The notes beneath the pieces were generated by a model that saw only the letters and a list, made by a program, of their open reading frames with translations, ran no database searches and was not told where the DNA came from. Below are positions 18,571 through 27,947 of a stretch of 64,000 bases of DNA, piece after piece. Positions within the stretch are counted from its first letter, which is position 1. Each line of letters begins with the position of its first letter. The stretch covers positions 2,448 to 66,447 of the forward strand of contig WOUW01000010.1 in assembly GCA_009773055.1 (NCBI GenBank). The letters run 5' to 3'. Source of the DNA: Paracoccaceae bacterium (lineage in GTDB: Bacteria; Pseudomonadota; Alphaproteobacteria; Rhodobacterales; Rhodobacteraceae). A program made the position numbers and the translations under genes.

Positions 18571-19671
18571 ATGAGCCGCTTTCTTACCCCCCATGCTGCC
18601 GCCCTGCCCTCCACCGTCCCCTTCACCGGACCCGAAGCGCTGGAGCGACGGAAAGGCGTTCCTTTCCGGGCGCGCCTTGGGGCGAACGAGTCGCTGTTCG
18701 GGCCCTCGCCTAGGGCCGTGGCCGTTATGGCGGCGGCGGCGCGGGACGTCTGGATGTATGGTGACCCGGAAAATCACGATCTGAAACAGGCGCTTGGCCG
18801 CCATCACGGTGTGACGCCCGCGCATGTGGCGGTGGGGCCGGGGATCGACGGGCTTCTGGGCCTGATCTGCCGTCTGGTGCTGGAGCCGGGGACGCCGGTC
18901 GTGACCAGTCTTGGGGCCTATCCCACCTTCAACTTCCACGTCGCGGGCTATGGGGGCGTCTTGACCCGTGTGCCCTATCTGGGGGATCACGAGGACCCGC
19001 AAGCGCTGCTGTCTGCCGCGAAAACCACGGGCGCGCGGCTGATCTACTTTGCCAATCCCGACAACCCGATGGGCAGCCATCATCCGGCGTCGGTGGTCGA
19101 AGACATGGTGGCGAACCTGCCCGACCACACGCTTTTGATCCTGGACGAAGCCTATGCCGACCTTGCCCCACCGGACGCGGTGCCCAGCATTGTGGCGGAC
19201 CATCCGCAGGTGATCCGGCTACGCACGTTTTCAAAGGGATACGGCATGGCGGGGGCCAGGGTTGGCTATGCGATCACCAACCCCGACCTTGCGCTGGCCT
19301 TCGACAAGGTGCGCGACCATTTCGGGATGGGGCGGGTGTCGCAAGCCGGGGCCTTGGCGGCGCTGGCGGATCAGGATTGGCTGCGCGAGGTGCAGGCGCG
19401 GACGCTGGCCGCGCGGGCGCGGCTGTCGGCCATTGCAGTGGCGAACGGGCTGCGCCCACTGGCTTCGGCCACCAACTTTGTGACCATCGATTGCGGGCGC
19501 GATGGCGACCATGCGCGCAAGGTTCTGGCCGAACTTGGCGCGCGCGGCATCTTCATCCGGATGCCGGGGGTGGCACCGCTGGACCGCTGCATCCGTATCA
19601 GCCTTGGTGATGATGCGACGCTGGATATGCTGGAGGAAGCCCTGCCCGTGGCGTTGCAGGCGGCGGGCTGA
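18571..19671 (+). CDS. PLP-dependent class II aminotransferase (HisC-like)
   Basis: LGANES.FGPSP, NPDNPMG, DEAY and RTFSKGYGMAG.RVGY. Confidence 0.85.
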   Translation: MSRFLTPHAAALPSTVPFTGPEALERRKGVPFRARLGANESLFGPSPRAVAVMAAAARDVWMYGDPENHDLKQALGRHHGVTPAHVAVGPGIDGLLGLICRLVLEPGTPVVTSLGAYPTFNFHVAGYGGVLTRVPYLGDHEDPQALLSAAKTTGARLIYFANPDNPMGSHHPASVVEDMVANLPDHTLLILDEAYADLAPPDAVPSIVADHPQVIRLRTFSKGYGMAGARVGYAITNPDLALAFDKVRDHFGMGRVSQAGALAALADQDWLREVQARTLAARARLSAIAVANGLRPLASATNFVTIDCGRDGDHARKVLAELGARGIFIRMPGVAPLDRCIRISLGDDATLDMLEEALPVALQAAG

Positions 19672-20049
19672 TCACTCGGCCGCGAGATCGGGCTTTGCCG
19701 GACCGACAGCGGGCGCGTGGCCGGGCAACGGAGCTTCGGCGGGACCGAGGCGAGGGGTGGTAGCGACAGCCTCGGTCAGCATCAGGCGTGCGGATTGCGA
19801 CTGGGCCTGCGGGCCGTCGATCACCCGGCGGAACACCAGAACATTCTGGAAGGTGGTCTTCGACCCGGTGAAGCCGACCCGTTCCTCGCAAGGCAGCGCG
19901 TCGGCGCGGACATAGTCCCAGCCCTCGGCTCCAAGCTGATTCATCAGGGTGGTGAGGGCCAGCGCGAAACGGTCCTCGGTGGACTTAACGCCCCGCGCCT
20001 TTTCGCCCCGCTTGGGGGCCGGAATGACTTTGAACTCGAAACGCTGCAT
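19672..20049 (-). CDS. DUF4177 protein
   Basis: EFKVIPAP, N.LGAEGWDY and LVFRR. Confidence 0.75.
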   Translation of the reverse strand: MQRFEFKVIPAPKRGEKARGVKSTEDRFALALTTLMNQLGAEGWDYVRADALPCEERVGFTGSKTTFQNVLVFRRVIDGPQAQSQSARLMLTEAVATTPRLGPAEAPLPGHAPAVGPAKPDLAAE

Positions 20050-20157
20050 CGGGTTGCTCCCGCACTGATTGCGCATGTAATATGAGATTCTGCGCGTAAC
20101 CGCAAATCACTGAAAGGTTTTCCGGCAGAACCGCGCCTGTCGGGCAACAGCGGGGGC

Positions 20158-21669
20158 TTAAAGCCCCAGCTTCTGCGCGACCAGGGCGTTCACGGTGGCC
20201 GGGTTGGCCTTGCCGCCGGAGGCCTTGATCACCTGACCTGTGAACCAGCCGGCAAGCTTTGGATTTGCCCTGGCTTTTTCGACCTGTTCGGGGTTCGCGG
20301 CGATAATCTCGTCCACTGCCGCCTCGATTGCGCCGGTGTCGGTGACCTGCTTCATCCCCCGCGCCTCGGCGATCGCCGCTGGGTCGCCACCTTCCGTGTA
20401 GACGATCTCGAACAGGTCCTTGGCCATCTTGCCGCTGATCGTGCCTGCGCCGATCAGGTCGATGATCCCGCCAAGCTGCGCGGCCGAGACCGGGCTTTCG
20501 CTGATGTCGTGGCCTTCCTTTTTCAGGCGGCCGAACAGCTCGTTGATGACCCAGTTCGCGGCTGTCTTGCCGTCGCGACCCTTGGCCACGTCGTCGAAGT
20601 AGCGGCCCGAGTCCAGTTCGGCGGTCAGGACGTTGGCGTCATAGTCGGTGAGGCCATAGTCGGCCATGAAGCGGGCCTTCTTGGCGTCGGGGAGTTCGGG
20701 CATCCTGGCGTGGATGTCGTCGACCCAGGCCTGCTCGATCTCGAGCGGCAGAAGGTCGGGGTCGGGGAAGTAGCGGTAGTCATGCGCCTCTTCCTTGGAC
20801 CGCATGCTGCGGGTTTCGTTCTTGTCGGGGTCGTAAAGCCGGGTTTCCTGCACGACCTTGCCGCCGTCCTCCAGAATCGCGATCTGGCGGCGAGCCTCGT
20901 AATCAATGGCCAACTGGATGAACCGCATGGAGTTCATGTTCTTGATCTCGCAACGCGTGCCGAGGTGCGAGAAATCCTGCGTCGCCTGGTATTTCTCGTA
21001 CTGGCCGGGGCGGCAGACGCTGACGTTGACGTCGGCCCGCAGGTTGCCGTTCTGCATGTTGCCGTCGCAGGTGCCAAGGTAGCGCAGAATCTGGCGCAGC
21101 TTGGTCACATAGGCCGCGGCTTCCTCGGGTCCCCGGATGTCGGGGCGCGAGACGATTTCCATCAGGGCAACGCCCGTGCGGTTGAAGTCGACGAACGAGA
21201 GGGTGGGGTCCATGTCGTGAATGGACTTGCCCGCGTCCTGCTCCAGATGGATGCGCTCGATCCGGACAAGACGCGCGACGCCCGGGCCCATTTCGACCAG
21301 CACTTCGCCTTCGCCCACTATGGGATGATAGAGCTGGCTGATCTGGTAGCCTTGCGGCAGGTCGGGGTAGAAATAGTTCTTCCGGTCGAAGGCCGAACGC
21401 AAGTTGATCTGCGCCTTCAGCCCCAGCCCGGTGCGGACCGCCTGTTCGACGCAAAATTCGTTGATGACCGGCAGCATGCCCGGCATCGCGGCATCGACGA
21501 AAGCGACGTTGGAGTTCGGTTCGGCCCCGAAGGTGGTCGAGGCACCTGAAAACAGTTTGGCATTCGACGAGACCTGAGCATGGATTTCCATCCCGATCAC
21601 CAGTTCCCAGTCGTGCTTTGCCCCGGCGATCACGCGGGGCACGGGCGCGGTATAGGTCAGGTCAAGCAT
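20158..21669 (-). CDS. gatB: Asp/Glu-tRNA amidotransferase subunit B
   Basis: [34 protein letters not shown] and [10 protein letters not shown]. Confidence 0.97.
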   Translation of the reverse strand: MLDLTYTAPVPRVIAGAKHDWELVIGMEIHAQVSSNAKLFSGASTTFGAEPNSNVAFVDAAMPGMLPVINEFCVEQAVRTGLGLKAQINLRSAFDRKNYFYPDLPQGYQISQLYHPIVGEGEVLVEMGPGVARLVRIERIHLEQDAGKSIHDMDPTLSFVDFNRTGVALMEIVSRPDIRGPEEAAAYVTKLRQILRYLGTCDGNMQNGNLRADVNVSVCRPGQYEKYQATQDFSHLGTRCEIKNMNSMRFIQLAIDYEARRQIAILEDGGKVVQETRLYDPDKNETRSMRSKEEAHDYRYFPDPDLLPLEIEQAWVDDIHARMPELPDAKKARFMADYGLTDYDANVLTAELDSGRYFDDVAKGRDGKTAANWVINELFGRLKKEGHDISESPVSAAQLGGIIDLIGAGTISGKMAKDLFEIVYTEGGDPAAIAEARGMKQVTDTGAIEAAVDEIIAANPEQVEKARANPKLAGWFTGQVIKASGGKANPATVNALVAQKLGL

Positions 21670-21777
21670 GGGGCCTCCGGCAAACGATCTTGCGCCCGGG
21701 TTTAGGCTGCAAGGCCCGACAGAGCAAGGGGCGGGGCAAGAGGATGCGTCGGAGTGGGCTGCCTTAGGGCGCGATGG

Positions 21778-22986
21778 TCAGGTGCGGCGCACCAGGGTTC
21801 CAAGCCCGTCGCCGCGCCGCACGATCCGCGCGCCGCGCTTCAGGGCAGGACCGAAGACTTCGGCCATCGCGAAGGCAAGGCTGTCGGTGCCGCGGGTCCA
21901 GGTGTCGAGATGGATTTCCCGCAGCCGGTTCCACAGGACATCGGACAGTGCCGCACGAACCTTGGTGAGCTGATAAGCTGCAGCGGCCCCTTCCTTGCGG
22001 AACTCCATGGCAAGGCGCGACAGGAGATGCGCCGCGATGTTCGCGCGGAGCTGGCAACCCGTTGCGGACTGGTAGTCGGCGATGGCTACGCAGAAGTATT
22101 CGAGGTCGATGGTGGGGGCGAGGTCGCCCAGCGTCTCGACCGCGGTGATGTGGAAGACGGCATAGGCGGCCTTGCCGGTTGCCGCATTGGTCATCCTGAC
22201 GGCGCGGCGCGCCTCTTTCTCGAAGGCGGAAAGCGAGCCATGCCAGCCCGGCAGCATGTTCACCGCATGGGCGGCATGGGCGGCGGCGTCTTCGGGGTCG
22301 AGGTCGATCCAGTCCTGATACCATTCGCGGCACACCGCGCCGCCGTCTTCGATCCCGGACAGAAGGGCATAGCGCGTTGCGGCCAGAAGGGGCGACATCT
22401 CTTCGATCGGGTCGAAGAGAGTGACCAGCGTCTCGGCGCGGTCAAAATGCACGGCACCTTCCGACCAGACCTCACGCGACAGTTGCCCCTGAGGCGCGGC
22501 TTTGCGCCGTGCAGCGGCATAGTCGATGTGACCCTGGGCAACCACTTGTGCGGCGCAATAGTCTTCCGAGTTGCGGTCGTAGAGACCTTCCAATGCCTCA
22601 AGTTCGGCGAGGGCGGCGGTCCAGTCCTGCCGCGCGATGGCCATCGACAGACCTGCCCGCATGCCTTCGCTGATCAGGGGGGCGACACGACGCCCGCCCG
22701 AGGCCACGACCCGTTCCTGGTCGGTGTAGCGCATGGCTTCCAGCAAGTCGGACCATTCCCCGGCCGCCGCCATCGCGGCATGGTCATCGCAGATGCACTG
22801 CCATTCGGTCTTTTCCGCGCCAACCCGCATCACGGGCGCATCCAGCCGTCCAAGGACCTGTTCGGCTGTCATCCCGTCCGGCAGGGCTGCCCCTGCCCGG
22901 GCCTGTTCACGCAGCGCCAAGGCGTCTTCTTGCTGACCGCGACCTGACCGGGTTTTCACATGCATAAGTGATGGTGTAACCAGCAT
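21778..22986 (-). CDS. Conserved hypothetical alpha-helical protein
   Basis: About 400-aa ORF with coding-like composition; LP.W.GS motif; no family assigned. Confidence 0.65.
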   Translation of the reverse strand: MLVTPSLMHVKTRSGRGQQEDALALREQARAGAALPDGMTAEQVLGRLDAPVMRVGAEKTEWQCICDDHAAMAAAGEWSDLLEAMRYTDQERVVASGGRRVAPLISEGMRAGLSMAIARQDWTAALAELEALEGLYDRNSEDYCAAQVVAQGHIDYAAARRKAAPQGQLSREVWSEGAVHFDRAETLVTLFDPIEEMSPLLAATRYALLSGIEDGGAVCREWYQDWIDLDPEDAAAHAAHAVNMLPGWHGSLSAFEKEARRAVRMTNAATGKAAYAVFHITAVETLGDLAPTIDLEYFCVAIADYQSATGCQLRANIAAHLLSRLAMEFRKEGAAAAYQLTKVRAALSDVLWNRLREIHLDTWTRGTDSLAFAMAEVFGPALKRGARIVRRGDGLGTLVRRT

Positions 22987-23086
22987 ATCGACGCCCTCCG
23001 GGGCGGATTTCGTCCGCCTCGGGTTCAATCTGAAGCCGGATCAGGGCGAAAAAAGGGAAATGCAGTGATCATCGGGTGACGTCGCC

Positions 23087-23680
23087 ATGCAGAAGCGCAT
23101 GATTTTGGGAATGTTTGCAGCGGCTTCACTGGCTGGCTGCATGAATGCCAAGGCGCCGGAGCCGATGGCTTTTGTTGCCCCGCCGATGCAATGGGACCAT
23201 CACCCCGAGGGCACAGAATGGACCGAATCGACCCTGGTCGCGCTGTCGACCAAGGACGCGGTCCTGTCCGAGAAAGTTCCGGCTGACATTGAAACCTGGT
23301 GTCCGGGCTATGTCGATGCCTCGGTCGATGAGCGTCGCGCCTTCTGGGCCGGGCTGTTGTCAGCGGTTGCAAAATACGAAAGCACCTGGAACCCGGCAGC
23401 CTCGGGCGGCGGTGGGCGCTGGATCGGGCTGATGCAGATCTCGCCCCGCTCGGCGGCGAATTACGGCTGCGAGGCAACCTCGGTCGGTGCACTGAAGGAC
23501 GGCGAGGCAAACCTGCAATGCGCCGTGGAAATCATGTCGACCCAGGTCGCCAAGGATGGCCTGGTGGCCGGTGGCGGCAACCGGGGCATCGGGCGCGACT
23601 GGGCGCCCCTGCGCAGCAACGAGAAGCGGTCGGCGATGTCGTCCTGGACCAGCGCGCAACCCTATTGCCAGGCAAGCTGA
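23087..23680 (+). CDS. SLT-domain lytic transglycosylase lipoprotein
   Basis: Lipobox LAGC, catalytic YES-x-W-N and GLMQI. Confidence 0.85.
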   Translation: MQKRMILGMFAAASLAGCMNAKAPEPMAFVAPPMQWDHHPEGTEWTESTLVALSTKDAVLSEKVPADIETWCPGYVDASVDERRAFWAGLLSAVAKYESTWNPAASGGGGRWIGLMQISPRSAANYGCEATSVGALKDGEANLQCAVEIMSTQVAKDGLVAGGGNRGIGRDWAPLRSNEKRSAMSSWTSAQPYCQAS

Positions 23681-23684
23681 CAGG

Positions 23685-26246
23685 TCAGCCCGCCGCGAGC
23701 ATCCGTTCCACCATTTCGCGCAGGTCACCCGACAGGTCGGGGGCGGCCAGCATCCGCTCAAGGGTCGCGCGCGCCAGCTTGCGGCGGGCGGCATCGTAGC
23801 GCGGCCAGGTCTCGAAGGCAGTTGACACCCGCGCGGCGGTCTGCGGGTTCAGGGGATCGAGCTTCAAAAGCCATTCGGCAACCAGCCGGTAGCCGTCGCC
23901 CGAGCGGTGGTGAAAGCCCGCATGATTGGCCGCCAGAGAGCCGACCACCGTGCGGAAGCGGTTGGGGTTTTTCCAGTCAAAGCCGGGCGATGCGATGAGT
24001 TTCGCAGTGATGGCGGCGGCATCCGCAGGCTCGGCATGGGCGATCTGCAGGGCATACCATTTGTCCATCACATTCGCGTCGCGGCCCCAGCGCGCGGCAA
24101 AGGTGACAAGCTCGGCCTGCCCTTGGTGGACATCGAGGAGGGCCGAAAGTGCGCCAATTTCCTCGGTCATGCTGCGGGCGCGGGCAAAGGCCGAGGCGGC
24201 AAGCTTGCCACCGTCCCGGCGGCTGAGAAGCCCGAGCACCGCGATCTTCAGGGCCCGCCGTCCGGCCTGCGCCGCAGAAGGCGAGAACGGGGCGTTGTCG
24301 TCCAGGTCCTTGTAAAGGCGTTGCAATCCTTCGCCAAGCCGGATCGCCAGCGCCCCGGTCATCTCGCGCCGGGCGGCGTGGATCTTGGCGGGATCGGGCA
24401 CGCGGCCACGGGCGTGGATCGTCTGGGCGATGTCATCTTCGCCCGGCAGGCGCAGACAGAGGGCGCGGAAGGCCGGGTCCAGCGTGTCGTCAAAGGTCAC
24501 TGCGGCAAGCGCGTCCAGCCAGTCCGCGCTGACCGGAGCGTCCTTCAGCGCGATGTCGGCCATCACTTCCTTGGCCAGCGCGCGACCTGCTTCCCACTTG
24601 TTGAAGGCATCGGTGTCGTGTTGCAGAAGGAAGGCGCGTTCCGAGGCCGGGACCTTGCGGTCAAGAACGACCGGGGCGGAAAAGCCGCGCAGGATCGAAG
24701 GGACAGGCTTCGCGGCCAGGCCTTCGAAGCGGAAGGACTGCTTGGCGCGGGTCATTTCCAGCATGATCGTCGGCACCACCTCGTCGCCGTTGGGATTCAG
24801 AAGCCCGACCTTGATCGGGATCACCTTCGGCTGCTTTTTCGGCTGGCCGGGGGTGGGTGGGTTCTTCTGCGTAAAGGTCAGGGTGTAGACGCCATTGTCC
24901 CAGACCTCGTCGACCTTGAGCTGGGGGGTGCCGGCCTCGGAATACCAGAGCTTGAATTGGGACAGGTCGCGGTCGGTGGCGTCTTCGAACACCTTGAGCC
25001 AGTCTTCGATCGTCGCGGCATCCCCGTCGTGGCGGTCGAAATAGAGATCAAGCGCGCGTTTGTAGCCGCTTTCACCCGCGAGCGATTTCAGCATCCCGAT
25101 GACCTCGGCGCCCTTTTCGTAGACCGTGGCGGTGTAGAAATTGTTGATCTCTACAAAGCTTTCGGGCCGGACCGGATGGGCAAGCGGACCGCCATCTTCG
25201 CGAAACTGGCGGCCGCGCAGGGTCACGACATCCTCGATCCGGCGCACGGCGGCGGAGCGCATGTCGCCGGAGAACTGGTGGTCGCGGAAGACGGTCAGGC
25301 CTTCCTTGAGGCAAAGCTGGAACCAGTCGCGGCAGGTGATGCGGTTGCCGGTCCAGTTGTGGAAATACTCATGCGCGATGATCGCTTCGATCCGGGCATA
25401 GTCGTCGTCGGTCGCAGTTTCGGGGCTGGCCAGGACATAGCGGGAGTTGAAGATGTTCAGCCCCTTGTTCTCCATCGCGCCCATGTTGAAATCGTCGACG
25501 GCGACGATGTTGAAGACATCAAGGTCATATTCGCGGCCGTAGACCTTCTCCTCCCATTTCATCGAGCGGATCAGGCTGTCCATCGCGTAGGCGCAGCGGT
25601 TTTCGTCACCTGGGCGGACCCATATGTTAAGATCGACAGGCCTGCCCGATGCAGTGGTGAACTTCGCCGCATGGGCACGCAAATCGCCCGCCACAAGCGC
25701 GAACAGATAGGACGGTTTTGGCCAGGGATCGTCCCATTCTGCCCAACCGGGGCCGCTGTCGGTCGGGTTGCCGTTGGACAGAAGGATCGGAAGGTCCGCT
25801 TCGACCCGCACCTTGAAGTGCGCCATCACGTCGGGGCGGTCCGGGTAGTAGGTGATCTTGCGAAAGCCCTCGGCCTCGCACTGGGTGCAATACATGCCTT
25901 TGGACATGTAAAGTCCTTCAAGCGCGGTATTGGCTTCGGGATTGATCTCGACTTCAGTTTCCAGGGTGAAGGGGCCGTCGGGCAGGTCTTTCTCAGAAAG
26001 TGTCAGCGACTTGGCATCAAGCGTCGGCTGGACCTCTTTACCGTCAATCGTCAGTGACAGAAGTGTCAGGCCCTCGCCATCCAGCCGCAGGTGGTGGCGA
26101 CCGGGGCGTTCGGGATTGGGGCGCAGCAAAAGCCGAGCCGTCACCCGCGTCGCGTGCGGGGCCAGCCGGAAACCAAGGTCCACGCGATCGACGATATGGG
26201 TGAAGGGCTGGTAGTCGGCCAGGTGGACGGTCGTCTGCTCGGACAT
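23685..26246 (-). CDS. pepN: Aminopeptidase N
   Basis: TQCEAEGFR, GAMENKGLN, HEYFH (HEXXH) and NFYTATVYEKG. Confidence 0.96.
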   Translation of the reverse strand: MSEQTTVHLADYQPFTHIVDRVDLGFRLAPHATRVTARLLLRPNPERPGRHHLRLDGEGLTLLSLTIDGKEVQPTLDAKSLTLSEKDLPDGPFTLETEVEINPEANTALEGLYMSKGMYCTQCEAEGFRKITYYPDRPDVMAHFKVRVEADLPILLSNGNPTDSGPGWAEWDDPWPKPSYLFALVAGDLRAHAAKFTTASGRPVDLNIWVRPGDENRCAYAMDSLIRSMKWEEKVYGREYDLDVFNIVAVDDFNMGAMENKGLNIFNSRYVLASPETATDDDYARIEAIIAHEYFHNWTGNRITCRDWFQLCLKEGLTVFRDHQFSGDMRSAAVRRIEDVVTLRGRQFREDGGPLAHPVRPESFVEINNFYTATVYEKGAEVIGMLKSLAGESGYKRALDLYFDRHDGDAATIEDWLKVFEDATDRDLSQFKLWYSEAGTPQLKVDEVWDNGVYTLTFTQKNPPTPGQPKKQPKVIPIKVGLLNPNGDEVVPTIMLEMTRAKQSFRFEGLAAKPVPSILRGFSAPVVLDRKVPASERAFLLQHDTDAFNKWEAGRALAKEVMADIALKDAPVSADWLDALAAVTFDDTLDPAFRALCLRLPGEDDIAQTIHARGRVPDPAKIHAARREMTGALAIRLGEGLQRLYKDLDDNAPFSPSAAQAGRRALKIAVLGLLSRRDGGKLAASAFARARSMTEEIGALSALLDVHQGQAELVTFAARWGRDANVMDKWYALQIAHAEPADAAAITAKLIASPGFDWKNPNRFRTVVGSLAANHAGFHHRSGDGYRLVAEWLLKLDPLNPQTAARVSTAFETWPRYDAARRKLARATLERMLAAPDLSGDLREMVERMLAAG

Positions 26247-26372
26247 TGGGCGCTCCATTTGTCAAAGCAAGCTACGGTCAAAACCCCACGGCGCAAGGGG
26301 GAGGCCATCGAAAGCCTGGCAACAGTCTTTTGCGGCTTTACGAATCCCCGCTGAAAGCTACATCTATGTTCC

Positions 26373-27872
26373 ATGAATGTTCTCGTCTGGTTCAAGCGCG
26401 ACCTGCGCATCCATGACCATCCGGCGCTGACCCTTGCGGCGCGGATCGGTCCGGTTCTGCCGGTCTATGTGGTCGAGCCGGAGCTTTGGGCTGAAACCGA
26501 TGCCTCGGCCCGGCAATGGGATTTCGTGGCGGAAAGCCTGGGAGACCTGCGCGAGGATCTTGCGCGGCATGGTGCGCCACTCGTCGTCAGGGTCGGCGAC
26601 GCGGTAACGGTGCTGGAAGGGCTGTGTCGCCGCCATGGTATCACCCGCATCGTCAGCCATGAGGAGACTGGGAACCTGTGGACCTACGCCCGCGACCGCA
26701 GGGTGGCAGCCTGGGCAAAGGCAGCGGGGATCCATTGGACCGAGGTGCCGCAATCCGGCGTGGTCCGCCGTCTGCCAGACCGCAACGGTTGGGCGGCACG
26801 CCGAGACGCCTTTATGGCGGGCGCGGTGTTGCCTGTGCCCGCCGTTCAGGCCGTCGCAGGCGTTGAGCCCGGGCTGATCCCATCGGCCCGTGCCTTGAAG
26901 CTGGCCCCGGACCCCTGCCCCCATCGCCAGCTGGGCGGCCGGGCGCACGGGCTGGACCTGCAGGACAGCTTTCTTGCCCAGAGGGGTGAGCCCTACCGCA
27001 CCGCGATGTCCTCGCCCCTGTCGGCAGAACGCGCCTGTTCCCGGCTGTCTGCGCATTTCGCCCAAGGCACCCTGACCCTGCGCGAGGTGGTGCAGGCCAC
27101 GGCCCAGCGGCAGGCGGAACGGCCCGGCGGGCGCTGGGGCGGGGCTTTGGCGAGTTTTCAGTCGCGGCTCGCCTGGCGCGACCACTTCATGCAGAAGCTG
27201 GAGGATCAGCCCTCGATCGAGATGCGTGACCTGCATCCCGTCGCGATCACCCGGCCGCGTGACAGCGATGCCGCGCGGTTGGCAGCGTGGGAGAACGGGG
27301 AAACCGGCCTCCCGTTCCTCGACGCCTGCCTGCGCTATCTGCGGGCGACGGGCTGGCTGAACTTCCGCATGCGGGCGATGGTGATGTCGGTGGCAAGCTA
27401 TCACCTGTGGCTGGACTGGCGGGTGACGGGGGCGCATCTGGCGCGGATGTTCACCGATTATGAACCGGGCATCCACTGGCCGCAGGTGCAGATGCAGTCG
27501 GGGACAACGGGGATCAACACGCCGCGCATCTACAATCCGGTGAAGCAGGGCTATGATCAGGACCCGACCGGGGTTTTCACGCGCCGGTGGTTGCCGGAAC
27601 TGTCTTCGGTCCCCGATGCTTTCCTGCACGAACCCTGGCTTTGGCCCGACGCACAGCGCCTGCTGGGCCATCGCTACCCCGAGCCGGTGATCGACCTGGC
27701 CACCGCGGCGCGAGAGGCCCGCGACCTGATCTGGCAGGCTCGCCGCAGCGCGGGCTTTGGTGACATCGCCAGCGGCATCGTCAAGCGCCATGCCAGCCGG
27801 TCCGAGCGGCGTTCGGGAAAGCCGCGACCGCAACCGGCGGCGGCCCGGAACCAGCTGATCCTGCCGTTCTGA
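26373..27872 (+). CDS. Cryptochrome/DNA photolyase family protein
   Basis: VWFKRDLR..DH.AL, SRLS, TG.PFLDAC.R.L..TGW.NFR.R and DYEPGIH. Confidence 0.88.
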   Translation: MNVLVWFKRDLRIHDHPALTLAARIGPVLPVYVVEPELWAETDASARQWDFVAESLGDLREDLARHGAPLVVRVGDAVTVLEGLCRRHGITRIVSHEETGNLWTYARDRRVAAWAKAAGIHWTEVPQSGVVRRLPDRNGWAARRDAFMAGAVLPVPAVQAVAGVEPGLIPSARALKLAPDPCPHRQLGGRAHGLDLQDSFLAQRGEPYRTAMSSPLSAERACSRLSAHFAQGTLTLREVVQATAQRQAERPGGRWGGALASFQSRLAWRDHFMQKLEDQPSIEMRDLHPVAITRPRDSDAARLAAWENGETGLPFLDACLRYLRATGWLNFRMRAMVMSVASYHLWLDWRVTGAHLARMFTDYEPGIHWPQVQMQSGTTGINTPRIYNPVKQGYDQDPTGVFTRRWLPELSSVPDAFLHEPWLWPDAQRLLGHRYPEPVIDLATAAREARDLIWQARRSAGFGDIASGIVKRHASRSERRSGKPRPQPAAARNQLILPF

Positions 27873-27947
27873 GTGCTGCCGACCGGGTGCGGCTTGACGC
27901 GGGTTTGGCCTCGCCCCTACTGTCCGGCCAAACCACAAGGCCGCCCG

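Noticed and set aside
23907-26057. 716-aa + strand ORF and many other long antisense or alternate-frame ORFs (e.g. 25-1638, 4830-6353, 26364-28142, 34076-35389, 52943-54400)
   Set aside because: Shadows of well-supported genes in high-GC DNA; Arg/Pro/Gly-rich with no recognisable motifs.
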